Shown one piece after another: positions 63,884 to 64,000 of a stretch of 64,000 nucleotides of DNA. Under the pieces are notes generated by a model, which saw only the letters and a list, made by a program, of their open reading frames with translations, had not been told where the DNA came from and did no database searches. This DNA is from Octopus vulgaris (Eukaryota). A program made the translations under genes and the position numbers. Location of the stretch: the NCBI GenBank assembly GCA_951406725.2, contig OX597821.1:57102001-57166000 (forward strand), given 5' to 3'. Each line of letters starts with the position of its first letter. Position 1 is the stretch's first letter.

Positions 63884-63951
63884 TCAGGCAGACCAAAGCC
63901 TTGTGAGTGGATTTGGTAGACGGAAACTGAAAGAAGCCCGTCGTATATATG

Positions 63952-64000
<49 letters not shown>

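Noticed and set aside
40641-63919. Long ORFs rich in Y/I/H/T/C/V/M (e.g. 40641-41348, 50350-51198, 62604-63242, 63309-63896)
   Set aside because: Translations of stop-free microsatellites.

Overview
AT-rich, repeat-saturated animal genomic DNA. The SINE repertoire and (TA)n/(TG)n density suggest a cephalopod, probably Octopus (inference). The window appears to be almost entirely intron. The only host-gene coding piece I can support is one 95-nt spliced exon (15759-15853, +) whose translation resembles the second coding exon of neurobeachin-like (NBEAL1/2) proteins. Nearly all ORF-track entries are microsatellite or SINE artefacts. Recognisable elements: three tRNA-derived SINE families and one RTE-tailed non-autonomous retroposon family, a young 5'-truncated CR1/L2-type LINE, RTE remnants, a DD37D (maT) transposon relic, a mariner relic, two non-autonomous Helitrons, and MULE-, piggyBac-, hAT- and Tigger-type MITEs. 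There is also a 28S rRNA fragment and an initiator-tRNA-Met pseudogene. The most unusual signal is a set of small non-coding elements with minimal type-I hammerhead ribozyme motifs and Penelope-style 5' inversions. One is a head-to-head tRNA-promoter plus hammerhead palindrome (8520-9073); another is a 350-nt terminally redundant retrozyme-like monomer (46414-46841). All family assignments come from reading motifs by eye, with no database search.
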